This document shows, one piece after another, positions 25,675 to 39,011 of a DNA stretch of 64,000 nucleotides. The notes under the pieces were generated by a model. The model saw only the letters and a list, made by a program, of their open reading frames with translations. It was not told where the DNA came from and made no database searches. Position 1 is the stretch's first letter. Every line of letters starts with the position of its first letter. The stretch lies in assembly GCA_030704615.1 (NCBI GenBank), contig CM060734.1:41788001-41852000 (forward strand). Direction: 5' to 3'. The stretch comes from Takakia lepidozioides. Taxonomy: Eukaryota > Plantae > Bryophyta. The position numbers and the translations under genes are program-made.

Positions 25675-28040
25675 CGGGTGGGAGCATGTCTCATTTGCAT
25701 TTTCAAATGGTCATCAGGTTATTAGCAACAAACGTTATAAGGGCAAACAAACTGAAACAAATCCTATTTGGATTCGAACAAATGTAAGTCATCTGGCCAA
25801 ACAGTTATGTGAAAAAAACTCAAACAATATCGTCTGTGCACTTGAAAGCTATATTAGGTTATTGGTTGAAGATTTTGGTCAACCTCATTTTCAGTTCTTC
25901 TGTGAAAATGTGACTACGGAAGAAATGGAAGAGGGAAAAGAGTTGTATGATTTATATGGCAGTGCAAATTGTAAGTAATGTGAGTTGAGATTGATACTGA
26001 ATTATTGAGTTGCAGAGAACCGTGCAACATGGCAGCAAAGATAACATTCCAGAACAACTCCAATATGTTCAAGGTCAACTTGTTTGGAGATGACATGAAC
26101 CGTGTAAAGGTGAGTATTTTGCTTGTGATTTTTTAGGCTTATATGGTCATCATGGCTGATGGAAGTATCCTGAAAGCTGATGACGATGGACTGAGTAGAG
26201 ATGCCTGAGGCTGGGTCCACATACTGCATCGGCCTTGTTTCAACATCTCACAAAAATATATGGAGGTGAAGGTAAGTCGTTGTATTGAATCTTCCCTCAA
26301 ACATATCTTTTTGCAATATGTTCTCTCTGGGCTTATAATAAATCAACCAATTGAAAACAGTTCGGAAATTTGAATAAGAATGATGTTCAGCCTAATAGAA
26401 ATAAGATATTATTGTCTAACAACAAGAAAAGATAGAATTACTCCATACGAGAAGCAGCGCAGCCCCACGTTCTAGAGGAGCAATTGATCTTGCCAAATAC
26501 TCTAGAGGCATTGAAGACGAGACATTCCTCATATAAATAGATGAAACAGGGACAACAGGGAAGGAATGAGAACATTGAGATGGGACTGGTACATAGGGAA
26601 AGTGGGGGCGCCCTCCACGGTCGTTCCTACCTATCTTGAAATTTTTAGGCCCCCTCCCAACGCCCGCCGGGATCCCTCCAAACAATATGGCAAAGAGGCC
26701 CTCAGAAAAAATTGGTACTCACAATACCTAACATTTTTGCAAAACAGGCGAATAGTCAAAGATTGGCTGCGAGATTGTGGTTGTTACCAATCCGCACCCA
26801 ATTTAAAGGTTGATCTGGATTTTCGAATGGAAATCAGGAAATTGATCTCTTTGAAACAGGAAAACCTTGCCGCTCTCAGCTTTGGTTCTATCACATACAA
26901 GTGGCAACCTAAAGACATATACGAGGTTGAAAAATCTTTTTTGCACTACAACAGGAGGAAAAGCCCTCTGGCATAAAAACATCTGAAGACAATAGTTCAG
27001 TTTTGGAAAAGACACCCGTGTGAAGGCATTTACTCAATCATTTTGTCCAAATGGAAAATTTTGATCATCAATCCTTGCTCAAAGTCATTTCTAATGTGAA
27101 TTTCTGTCATGGTGAAGTTCTGTGAGGTAGCAAAGTAAATTATTTTCCCTTAGAGTTTGACTGGGATACTACAATTTTCCAAGATCTTGAAGATATGTAG
27201 ATTTTTTGGAGAGATTACCCTAGTTATGGAACAGCAGGAGACTATGCAAGTACCATTAGCCCGACCAAATGGGGCTCAAGCATCAGGTGATCAAAGCACT
27301 GGTCTGTCACCTGATGGTATAAAGCACTATAATTCCAAAACCATGGGTGATACTCACAAAGAGATGGTGGAGGCAGAACCCAAATCTTTTTGCTGGAAGA
27401 AATTTGTTATAAGGCTGAACCTTGCACCCAGGTTTGCAAATTTTTGAAGTTTTTATTGTTGTACTGAAAAGCAGTTCTTTTCTTTGTTTCTTATCTAGAT
27501 ACACAATCATATAAGGTTGATCAACAAATGTTTTTGAAAAAACGTTCATTTATCATATACATGCACGATCTAAAAATGCCTGACAAGCTCCTTTATCAAA
27601 TGTTTGCTATCAATGTTTAAATCCGGCAATTTTATGCATTTGGAGCCTTCTTGCGTAACAAAATGGAATGTGAATCTGGTGCTCTATGCTATTTCCAAAG
27701 GATACATGAATCGAAGAGTGAAGCGAATTATTTTTTATTCTGGTCTTTATCCACTAACAACAACCACAAATCGATATTTCAGTCCACCAGCAGAGAGTGG
27801 TGGTCTATTTGATCTTCATCTCGAACATACTAGTGCATTTGCAGATGTTGTCGTTAACCAACATGATTATATTCCATTGCAGTATGGACCGCTACAACCC
27901 AACGTATCTATGTTGTAACTCTTATTTTTTAAGACTTTAATCTATGTACATATAAGTTTGTTGGACTTCAGTTGGACGCAATATGCACACGCACCAGATT
28001 TCATCCAATCGAAAGTGAAAATGTACATAGGTGAATAGAA
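25675..28040 (+). mobile_element. Degenerate Replitron (HUH-endonuclease transposon) copy 1, split by about 1.55 kb of unrelated sequence
   Basis: 25675-25972 encodes GGSMSHLHFQMVIRLLATNVIRANKL and EDFGQPHFQFFCENVTTEEMEEGKELY. 27520-28040 encodes the downstream part (CLLSMFKSGNF...RYFSPPAES...HDYIPLQYGPLQ). Homologous to 30190-31250 on the opposite strand. Confidence 0.7.
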
Positions 28041-29999
28041 CGTACTGTTGCGTCAATCAATAAGGGTCATGATGAATGTATTTAAAATAATTTTGTTTTT
28101 GAAGGAAAAAAGTATTTTAAATTATTGGAAAAATATACATTTTGTAACCCTCATTAATGCTATGAGATACCAGGAAAAAAAATCAATATCTAGATAATTT
28201 TTTAATTTAATTATATTATATTGAACCACAAAGTAACACATTTCTTTTTGCCATGATATAGAAGATGTAGAATAATAATATACAATATATATGGCGCCTC
28301 CTGAATGAAGCGTAAATTATGGTGTCTCTTGACCGGGAAGGGCTACTGCGTTCATGCGAATATGTAGAATGTCCCATTCTGCTCACTGTGCGTAGGCTCC
28401 CAATGGCAATTTTTCTCGCATATTTTCATTTCGCCATAACATATTATCTGAATATTCTTAGAATATTTAGAATATCGTATTCTGCTCATGTTGGGAACAC
28501 GTTGGTGAGACAATGCCAACCGAAGTTTGTGTAATTAAGAGCCTCTTCTTTTCCCTTGAAGGGGTGGGCACACTACCACAAGGAGGACAACAAAATCTGC
28601 CCACTTTGTTTCATTCTCTTATGCTTTTGGATACTAGCAAAAACGGATCTCATCAAATATCCGTCGGTTTTTCTTACATATCTGTGAAGGGATATTTGAT
28701 TGGTTATTCCTTAATTATCGATTCCGATTAAATAGGTATTTACCGATATCCGACAGATCTATATGATCCCAAGTCAAAGATCCCCCAATACTCGTTTGTT
28801 CTTGGACGAGACCAAGTACGGAAACAATAATGCCCTTTCTAAATGATTGTGACGAATCAATTATTGAAACTACCATACGGTAGATTAGCTCCACCCATAT
28901 GATCTTGGGCTCGGATCCTGCTACCATGTGGGTGATATTATATTCTCCCGTTTTTGGCTATGCCCTTTAGTCAACAACCACATTTTTACTCTATTATTCA
29001 TGTTGACGGGTGCCAACTTCAAAATGACGCGCGCTATTTTTTCGGCTACCTTCGCGCGTCCCAGAGGCTCTTTAAGCCCCCCTCCCCACTCAAAATCATC
29101 CTCTCTCCCACAACATCTACTGCTCATTTGTTGACCCTGATAGTCGCACGTTACCGTTAGATTCAATGGGCCACTGGTCAGGTTGTCTGATGGACTGGCG
29201 ATCCCTCCTCGCCTCTGCCTTGGGAAGAGCGCACGTGGTGTTTCCAGGCTATGGTGGAAGTTAAGCTGCTACCGATGACCGCGTTAGATGGCGTGCGTCC
29301 GTAGGTTGTTGTTGGGGCTGCTTGGGCATAAGGCAAGTTGGCCGCTTGTTGGCATTATTGCCTCAGCAAAAGACCACCGAGTTGACGTTTTTGCGCTTGT
29401 TTCGTGAGGCTCCATGTTTTAGTTTTTCCTCTCACTATAATTAGGGGCCTAGTTTGCACCCGGGTGTTTTTTTCTTTCAAAAAAATAAAAAAGTCTTGAA
29501 GTTAGCGTGAGAAAGCTTGCCTCATCTCTCCTTCATTGTAGGTTTAATATTTTAATATGCATCTAGGGACCAAGATATCGAGATTTCTTGGTCTTGGTAA
29601 GTACTAAGAGCATCTCCACAGGGAGTACAACAAATAACACTGCAATGGTAAATTCCCACTGCCTCCAACACTCCCCTCCCCCACCGGCAACCCCATCAAA
29701 CTACCCTGCACATGTGCTCACGTGCCTCGCTATAGAGGGCCCATTTGGCAGACACGGCCTTTACCCTCACGCCATAAATGCATGCAACCCTGCTTTTTAG
29801 TGTCTCCGGCAAGTACCGGCCGGGCTTAGTGGGCCCGTATCCTGCACCGAAGTACCCAGGGTGCGGATACCAGGGCGGGGGCCTCCTTTGCCATTGTCGT
29901 GGCATTTAGGGACCCAGGGTGGGGATGCTCTACCTTGGCCAACTAACGCCCAAGGTTGCACTATAGGACAAAAACAACAATATATTTCCATGTGCTATT

Positions 30000-31255
30000 T
30001 TTCATCGGATTGCAGATACAAGATACAGTGAAATTGGCGAGCGCAGTACATGGGAATTTGGCGCCAAGTTCATGGCTGACGATTGGTAAACCACTTTGAC
30101 CTCTATTGCAAATACTCACACTTGAGATGTTTTTCTTTAAAGAGAAACAAGACATAACTTCAAAAGAGGAGGGAATTTGAAACCCCCTTTCACCTATGTA
30201 GATATTCACTTCGATTCGATGAAACTCCGATGCGTGTGCATATCGCATCCAACTGAAGTCCAACAAACTTATTTGTACATAGATTACAGTATCAAAAAAT
30301 AAGATTCACAAAATAGAGAAGTCAAGCTGCAAAGGTCCGTAATGCAATGGAATATAATCATGCTGGTTTCTGCAAATGCACTAGTATGTTCAAACATGCC
30401 ATTACTCTCTGCTGGTGGACTGAAATATCGATATGTCACAAATGTCGTTCGTCGATGAAGACCAATATCAAAGAAATATTCGCTTTACGTTTTCGAAATA
30501 TGCGATTTACTTTGCAAATATCCATTTGTTTACATAAGAAGACTTCGGATGCATACAATTTGCCGGATTTTAACACTGATAACGAACAACCGATAAAGGA
30601 GCTTGTTAGGCATTTTCCAGGTCTTTGATAAATGAACGTTATTTCAAAAACATTTGTTGGTGTAAGACAAACGCAATTCTTCATCTCTACACTGTCATGT
30701 AAAGTATACAACTTATTTCTCTCTTGTATTTTCCATTTTCTTCCGTAGTCACATTTTCACATAAGAATTGAAAATGAGGTTGACCAAAATCTTTCAAACA
30801 GTAACCTAACATTCATTTCCAAGCATGCGGACGATCTTGTCTGAGTTTTATACACATAACTGTGTGGCCAGCTGGCGGAACCCAAATAGGATTTGATTAG
30901 TTTGTTTGCATGTATAACACTTGTTGCTAACAACCTTATGACCATTGAAAAATGCAAATGAGACAGGCTCCCGCCTCTTTTATCGCCCAAAACTTTGCCA
31001 TGCACAACTCTTGAATGAACTTCTGCAAATGTTTGAATAGACTGAGATTGACGTCATGTGCACCAACTTCAATTGTGCATGATAGCTCAAATACAATTTG
31101 CCCTTTGTTGTCTATTCCAAGTTTCTTTTTTGGACGACCTCTACTTACCAACGCTACATATTCTTCATCTCACTTATATCTTGGTTTAGATTCTCTTGCC
31201 AAACTATGTTGGAACTTGATGGACACGCTTCTACACTTCACTACAGAGTGAATTA
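30000..31255 (-). mobile_element. Degenerate Replitron (HUH-endonuclease transposon) copy 2
   Basis: Across frameshifts: VFELSCTIEVGAHDV..LFKHLQKFIQELC, RGGSLSHLHF(Q)MVIRLLATSVIHANKLIKSYLG (HUH at 30952-30960), MLGYCLKDFGQPHFQFLCENVTTEE (Tyr motif at about 30800) and MKNCVCLTPTNVFE...LSVLKSGKLY. Confidence 0.78.
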
Positions 31256-31307
31256 CTGAACTTGGTATAACCTACCTTAGGGGATACCTTCTATACAACA
31301 ACAAACA

Positions 31308-32001
31308 CGATGTTGGGCGTTATGACTTTGACCGGTTATAACCGCTTGTTATTAGACCGGTTATATAAATATATATATCCGGAGGAGGTGCAAAAATTTA
31401 AAAAACCGGATATAAACAGATCCGGTAGAGGCTAGGGGTTGAGATACCTGGCAGGGCTTCGAGAACCCGCGAGCAAGTTTGGTGTTTTATTTATTGGTAT
31501 CCGGCCATGGCCTTTAAAAAGGACCCGGTTATCAATAAATAGTGTCACAGCATATACCCTTGCTAAGATTAACGTGACACCAATCTGGTAACTAAGATGT
31601 CCATTATTGATCATTTGTTTCAAGGGCTAACCATCTTGCATGGCTGGTCAATCCCTGCTTGGCATTTATTTAAGTTTTTTTAAAAAAATATTTTCATCAT
31701 TTCAATATATATAAATTTTTATTTTATAAAAAGTTTATTTACATGACTGCAATATAACCGTTTTAAGGACCGCCAGTTATGAAGTATATTGAACTTCCAG
31801 AACCCGTTCAAAAAACCGCCTGTGCAAAGGTCTTTTATAACCGGAATTGAACTTAACCGGTTTTTTGAAAACATCGTAGAACCGCCTCCGGCAGGTAATT
31901 TAATTTTTTCTTTTGTCCATTTAACCGCCTCCGGAGGTTCTAAAGAAGGGGCAATTGGCAAAGAACCTGCACCGGAGGAAGCTCACGAAAACCTGATAAC
32001 C
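31308..32001. mobile_element. Non-autonomous hAT-like element, right end truncated
   Basis: About 700 bp nearly identical to 45592-46296. Starts atgttgggcgttat and stops at gataaccg, partway through the right TIR. Confidence 0.85.
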
Positions 32002-32257
32002 GTATGTTTTTTATTTTTGGTCACCTCTTCTTGTCGCTTCTATACCTATAGCAAATGGCTAAACATGCAATAGGCATCTCTCCTCTGCATGCGGCCACTT
32101 TAATTGGGAGAGCCTCTACACGTTTAGCTAGGTTTGCTATTTTTATTTTTAAAAGGATGGGGTGCATATTAGCCATAGGCGCACACACATCATCCGCAAC
32201 GACGAACTGCAACTAGATTTGAACCCGCAGCTACTACAGCTACTACAGACATGTGTC

Positions 32258-32358
32258 AAAACATCCGCCGGGACCCACCACTTGCAAGTCTCATGGCTTC
32301 TTTATGATCAAACATCCGCCGGGACCCACCACTTGCAAGTCTCATGGCTTCTTTATGA
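32258..32358. repeat. Direct tandem duplication, about 51 bp x2
   Basis: aaacatccgccgggacccaccacttgcaagtctcatggcttctttatga repeated. Confidence 0.9.
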
Positions 32359-34077
32359 ATAACGAAATCTACTTTCATCCATAATAAACTTAATTTCATC
32401 CTTTATTCTTCATAAATTTGTTCACTCATAGAATGTTACCTGGAGGCACTTCATGAAGCAGCATTCAACAAAGGAGAGGAGGTGACACTTGGTGAGGGCA
32501 CCCCGGGGCGTTATCGATTTTTGACACCGATGGGTAGTCTCAATAACATTGACATGCCCTATGGTGGGTCGGCAATGCTCCAATAATGCCGGCCAAGTTA
32601 TTTTTAACTTGGTCAACCTGGCTAGGACATGGAAGTTGGCCCTAAGGGCCAATTTAGTCCAAGACCAAGACAAGCTCAAACCAAGTATGGAAACATCAAA
32701 CTATAATTTTCTCAAATGAACTTGACCGTCCGTTAGAATCAATCTTGAATGTTGAGTGGGAAAATGAACCTAATAGAACTTATACACCTCATTTTAAGTC
32801 TGTCCTGGTTTTGATCCCAAGGCCTCTACACACACCCACTTTGGTCCCTAGAATACTAATAATTTTGATATGCATCTAGGGACCAATATGTGAACAAATT
32901 TGAAGCAAATTGGTCCAGGTTTCTTGGTCTGGGTCGGTAACCTAAAGTGGCCCTAAAATCCCTCACAAGAGCATGGAGGCAATCTCCGTACTTCTTCCAT
33001 CATTTATGCCATCATTTACTCCTCAAGGCAGTTGGTTTAAAGAAAGATGTGGTGAGTTATTAGTGCTACTTACAGTGTGCATGCAAAGTCCTCCATGAAT
33101 CCATGATGGTGGGAGTGCTGGTGGGGACAGCGTGTGGGCGCATTGAAAGCCAAGTGGGGTCTTTATTGTGATGCATCGGATGCTCAGTGCTAGCGGCCCA
33201 CTCTTCATTATGCCACCCACTCCAACCTCTCTCCTGGATTTTCATCTTTTGCTTCTCAACAGTGGAAACTGCTTTTTCCTCTTGTGATATAAGGAAGGGA
33301 ATGTAATGAGATGAGAAGCCAAAATCCCTGGAACGCCTGCGAGGGACTGGCTGGATTCATCAATTCGTTAAACGATGTCATTACTTGGCATGATCTATCA
33401 TGAGACTAGAATGAACAAACCTTCACTTGTAGCCTTCCGGCACTGACCAGTCAGGTTTTTATTGTTCCTTGTCTCTTCTTGTACTCTGAGTTACAGGCCT
33501 CTGTCGCCTTTGTTTAAAAAAATAAGAAAAACAAACAAACCCAGCAAGCGAATGCTCCAGAACTGGCAGTCTGATCACATCAATCCATGTGAAGGGAGGT
33601 GATTCAGATTCAACCAGTTGGGGTGATTTGCATGGTGGCCATCTTCTTCGGGCCAATTCTATATTGGAAAGCACCGTGGGGGTGAGGTTGATCCATGCAC
33701 CATCGAAGTTGGAGGGACCAAAAATACATGGATGGCCAGCCTATTTACATGCTCGAAATAGACACCATCATTCCGAAGCTGCACTCCTCTGTCCTCCTTT
33801 CTCGTGAGCATGATGAACATGTCTTGTGTTTTGCAGACTCAACTCCTCTCACTCGTGTTTGCTCTTATTAGCCTGTAGTAATATTGACCCTCTCGTATCA
33901 AGGCGGTTACCAACATTTGCTGGCCTCCAGAGCACGATCGCTTATTTTCTCTATGTGGGTTCCCGTTCTGGTTACGTCTGTCGTGTTCCTAGCCGCGGAG
34001 TACTTTAATTCCCAGTTTCTCTTGAGATTGCACACGTTTTCCGTGAACACTCTGTCTCCTTCTATAGAGCGAGGCAT

Positions 34078-37000
34078 ATGGTCGATGGGGAGGTAATTGC
34101 AGTCAGTAATCCGTATAATGGAACAAACGGTGTGGCTCACCACAAAGACATGGAGCTGTGTAATGGGATGATGAAACCATCCCATGACCCCCTCAACTGG
34201 GTGCGGACTGCTACAGCTATGCAGGGCTCTCATCTGGAAGAAGTGAAGCGAATGGTGAAAGCTTTCTGCGAGTCCGAAACCGTGACAATCGAGGGCGCAA
34301 ATCTGTCTGTTGGTCAGGTGTGAATTCCCCCCCTTGTCTGGCTGGATGTGATTTTTGGTTTGTGAGTGAAGTCGAAGTCGAAGGTTCTCTAGATTGCTAA
34401 ATAGAAATTAATAAGGTGTTGGCGTGCAGACTAGCTGCAAAGTTTATACTGGTGGCCACATGCATATCACTGGGATCTTGTGGGATAGCGATGGTGACAT
34501 GGGTTCCAGCGGTAAGCCTCAGACAGACAGACAGACGTAGCGTTGTGAGCACGTTACGAGCGTTGACACTGGGAGTTTGAAGTTGCATTGCCATTATGGA
34601 TCCTACGTTGTTAGTGGCTTCAAGCTCCGATTTTGAACGACAGGGAGTGAGAGAGAATAGAAAATATTCTTAGCACAGTGTGCTAGGCTGCTGCCTTGGC
34701 GACTTGATCTGAGAGAGAGAGAGGAAATACACTCATGACACGATCCTAAGGATGCTAACTTGTACCGACTTTGAAATGGATTTGACCGAAGAATCATCTG
34801 CCACTCACGTGACATTGGGAATTTTGAGGTAGCAGGACTCATACGAAAGAAACTCCGGGTGTGCCATGCGTAATCGAACTCCTCCTTTCATCATAGTTCC
34901 ATCATTATGAAAATGCTTTCAAAGGCGAGAGGCTTGGAATGATCATGCGACGCTCAGCTGAATCTAAACTATCAACTGTCAGAGTGATACGCCTGTTTCT
35001 CTTGAAGTCAACGTTATGTACAGAGTAGTGGCGCATAATTCGCCAGATATCATCTGAATAGTATACCTTCTTCCAGTTTCCTGTGGAAATTTGGTGGTAT
35101 CGATCGAGCAAGTAACTGCGGCTCAGCATTTTAGGGATGACTCTTGGGGTTAACAGCATTGGGTTATCTATTAAATCAGACTGTCTATGAATGTACTATG
35201 CTACACGCAGGAATCAGGAGATTCTCCTCAATTCTTAGTGAGACCATGTGATTCCCGTCTACTTGTGTTTCCTCTCTCACCTAATTCCTTACCACTCTAG
35301 TCAGGCCCTTTTGTCCATCCCTCCCTTCCCATGGATGCCCATCTTCAACTCTGCCACCTTTTGATTGATGATATGGTGTGTGGCAGGTGGCTGCGGTTGC
35401 TCGAAGGCCTGAGGTGAAGGTGGTCCTGGATGCAGCATCTGCCAAGGCGAGAGTACAGGAAAGCTTGAATTGGGTTCAAGAGAATGCAATGAAAGGCACG
35501 GACACCTATGGTGTGACAACAGGGTTTGGGGCGACCTCCCATAGAAGGACAAACCAGGGTGCAGAGCTCCAGAAGGAGCTCATTCGATTTTTAAATGCAG
35601 GAATTTTTGGGGATGGAAACGTGCTTCCAGCTGAGACTACACGTGCAGCAATGCTTGTGAGAACTAACACCCTCATGCAAGGATTCTCTGTGAGGGGGGG
35701 GGGGATCCACGTGCAAAGCAATGCTGGTGAGAACTAACACCCTTCAGGCAAGGATTCTCTGGGATTCGTTGGGAAATAATTGAAGCTCTCGGTTGCTCAA
35801 TGCCTGTGTGGACCCCTAAGTGAGGGGGGGGGGGATCCACGTGCAAAGCAATGCTGGTGAGAACTAACACCCTCAGGCAAGGATTCTCTGGGATTCGTTG
35901 GGAAATAATTGAAGCTCTGCAGCGGTTGCTCAATGCCTGTGTGACCCCTAAGCTGCCACTTCGGGGAACAATCACTGCATCAGGCGATCTTGTTCCTCTC
36001 TCATACATTGCAGGGGTGCTCACTGCCCGGCCCAATGCAAGAGCTCACACTGCTGATGGCAAGGAGGTAAGCAACCAAACAAGATGTGTTTGGTGCTCAT
36101 GTGGTGAGACTTGAGTTTGCATTGTTACAACAAGGTTGTCATCTGCTCGAGATGGCTCCTTCAATTTTCTTTCATACCATGGTTCCAGTGGTTTTTTGAA
36201 CACTTAACATCTTGAAAGATTCTTACATGAAAGTCATTGCACCCCGCTTAGCGGTTGAACTTGCCTTGCTTGCCCAGCTGACACTTTAGAGACCGTTTTT
36301 GACTTTGGGTAGGTGAGTGCTGAAGTCGCACTAAAGCTTGCGGGCGTGGATGCACCCTTTCAATTGCAACCAAAGGAGGGCCTTGCCTTGGTAAATGGAA
36401 CAGCAGTTGGGTCGGGCCTTGCATCCACTGTTTGTTTCGATGCCAATGTATCCGCTGTATTAGCAGAGGTGATGTCTGCTTTTTTCTGTGAAGTGATGCA
36501 AGGCAAGCCGGAGTTTGCAGATCCTCTCACACACAGGTTGAAACACCATCCTGGTCAGATGGAAGCTGCTGCTATAATGGAGTGGATTTTAGATGGAAGC
36601 TCATACATGAAATCGGCAGCAAAGCTCCATGAAACAGATCCTTTGAAGAAACCCAAGCAGGACCGTTACGCGCTAAGAACTTCACCACAGTGGCTGGGTC
36701 CACAGATAGAGGTCATTCGTGCAGCAACTCATGCTATTCAACGGGAAATCAATTCTGTCAATGACAACCCCCTCATTGATGTCTCAAGAGATCGCGCATT
36801 GCATGGAGGGAACTTTCAGGGGACTCCTATTGGAGTTTCTATGGATAATATGAGGTTGGCAATTGCTGCTATAGGAAAGCTTATGTTTGCTCAATTTTCG
36901 GAACTGGTGAATGATTTCTACAACAACGGATTACCTTCTAACTTAAGTGGTGGGCCTAACCCAAGTCTAGACTATGGGTTGAAAGGAGGTGAGATTGCCA

Positions 37001-38168
37001 TGGCCTCGTACACCTCAGAGCTCGAGTACCTCGCTAATCCAGTAACCAATCATGTGCAAAGCGCCGAACAACACAATCAGGATGTGAACTCTCTGGGATT
37101 GGTCTCTGCGAGGAAAACAGCTGAAGCTATTCAGATCTTGAAGCTTATGACTTCCACATTTCTAGTAGGACTCTGCCAGGCAGTGGATCTCCGTCACCTA
37201 GAAGAGACAATGCAGGCTGTGGTGAAGCAAGTCGTCTCTGAGGCTGCGAAAAAGACCCTGACTGCTGGTATTTTTCCATCACCAACTGGGAATAGAGAGG
37301 GAAGAGACATAACTTTGAAGGAGACATTATTTTGAAAGGGCACTAAGCGCCATAGCCTTGCAGTTGGTCCTTTTGGGTATTGTTGGGTGCCAATGTCGAA
37401 AAGAAACTACTGTAGCTATTCTACAGGCACACTGTCATATTGTAGCTTGAGTTTCCCTTGTAGTCCAAACTGAGTGAATAGCATGTAAGACATCAGTCCC
37501 ATGGCACTTGATGGATCCAGTTGTGTCAGCTTCAATATCACAAGGAACCACGCCAATGGATAAAGCACATTGGGCGTTTTCAGAGAATGATCTAAATCCT
37601 GCGAATGCTCGCTTCCATCATACACACTCTCTGAATCTCTTCCTCTGGTTGTGAAACAGGTGCCAATGGAACACTCCTTCCCTCTCGAATTTGTTGGAAA
37701 CAGCTCCTTCGAGTGGTGGACCACCTTGCAGTATTTACTTACATCGACGACCCTGCCAATATCTCCTATCCTTTAATGAAAAAGCTAAGACAGGTTTTGG
37801 TAGAGCATGCACTACTGCATGTGGAGGCTGAGGTGGATACAAATACATCAGTGTTTCTAAAAATCCCTAGTTTTGAATTAGAGCTGACGAGCCACCTGGA
37901 GACACAGGTCAAATTAGCAAGAGAGAAGTATGATAAGACGATCGGGGGTGTGCCGAATAGAATAAAAGACTGCCGGACATGGCCGCTTTACAACTTCATT
38001 CGAACGGAACTTGGGACGGAATTGCTTAATGGTACTCAGACCCAGTCCCCTGGAGAAGCTTTTGAGAAGGTCTACCATGCAATTTGTGAGGGAAGAATTA
38101 TTGCTCCCTTGTTAGAGGTTTTGGAGGGATGGGCTGGAATTCCTGGCCCTTATGGAATCTGCAACTGA
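34078..38168 (+). CDS. PAL: Phenylalanine ammonia-lyase, 4 exons (34078-34317, 35387-36066, 36313-37267, 37660-38168); exon 2 is frameshifted in this sequence by a 200-bp internal repeat
   Basis: [29 protein letters not shown], the MIO-forming [34 protein letters not shown] and [16 protein letters not shown]. All introns are GT-AG with consistent phases. Confidence 0.95.
35640..35950 (+). repeat. Triplicated PAL exon segment with gtgag-polyG-atc linkers
   Basis: cacgtgca..gcaatgct.gtgagaactaacaccc..gcaaggattctctg occurs three times. ggattctctg ends at 35690 and again at 35890, a net 200-bp insertion. Confidence 0.9.
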
Positions 38169-39011
38169 GATTACCCTTATCTAAGTAAAAAACATTATTA
38201 TCAATTTTGTAATAGAGAAGATCTGGATGCTGTCCATTTGAGCTTAATTCCTTCCTCTCAGCTTTATTTTTGTAGTCTTTCTCACGGTCACTCTATATTA
38301 CTTGTGAAGATAGTTAGACTGGATCTTCAAACCTCTTGATGAGAGGCTTTTCCAACTAGATGTTTTGGAGGGATGGGCTGGAACTCCTGGTTCTTATTGA
38401 ATGTAACTGAGATTATCCTTGGTGTTCAAGTTTTCCTGAGCTGCAGATGGAAGAGCATCTCCAAACTTCTTGCTGACACTTTTCCAACTTGGTGAGCTAG
38501 ACATGCATAGTGTAGGTAGTGTCATGACGTTAGTAGGAGTTAACAAAAGATTTGCATGCAAAATGTCGTCTCAACGATTGGCTTTGGTGAGCAATAACGC
38601 ACATGAGCATGACTTCAAATCTTCCCAAAGCCACCTAAGTAGTCAGCCTGTGCACGAAAGGGAAGAAACCAAAGAGAGTTTTGGAGAAAGTAGCTTTGCT
38701 ACACTGCACAGCCGTACTGAGCATGGGCAAAACTCTGGGAGCTTTTATTTCCTGTCTCCAAAACCATGAGGTGATAGTGTTTCAGGAAAAAATGATGTAC
38801 ATGGAATGCTAAACTAATCTACAAGCCTCAGCACCCAAACTGCCCATCCCAGCCGCATAACCAAATGAATTGTCTGGTTAAAATACAACTCGCAAATGAA
38901 TACCTACCTACCCTTCCTATCCCACTTTTAGCAAAACTTTGAATGCCAGAAAAATGAGATTCTGGTTTGGGCTGCAGCAGAGTAAGTGGGGACTGCATGA
39001 TGGCGGATGCT

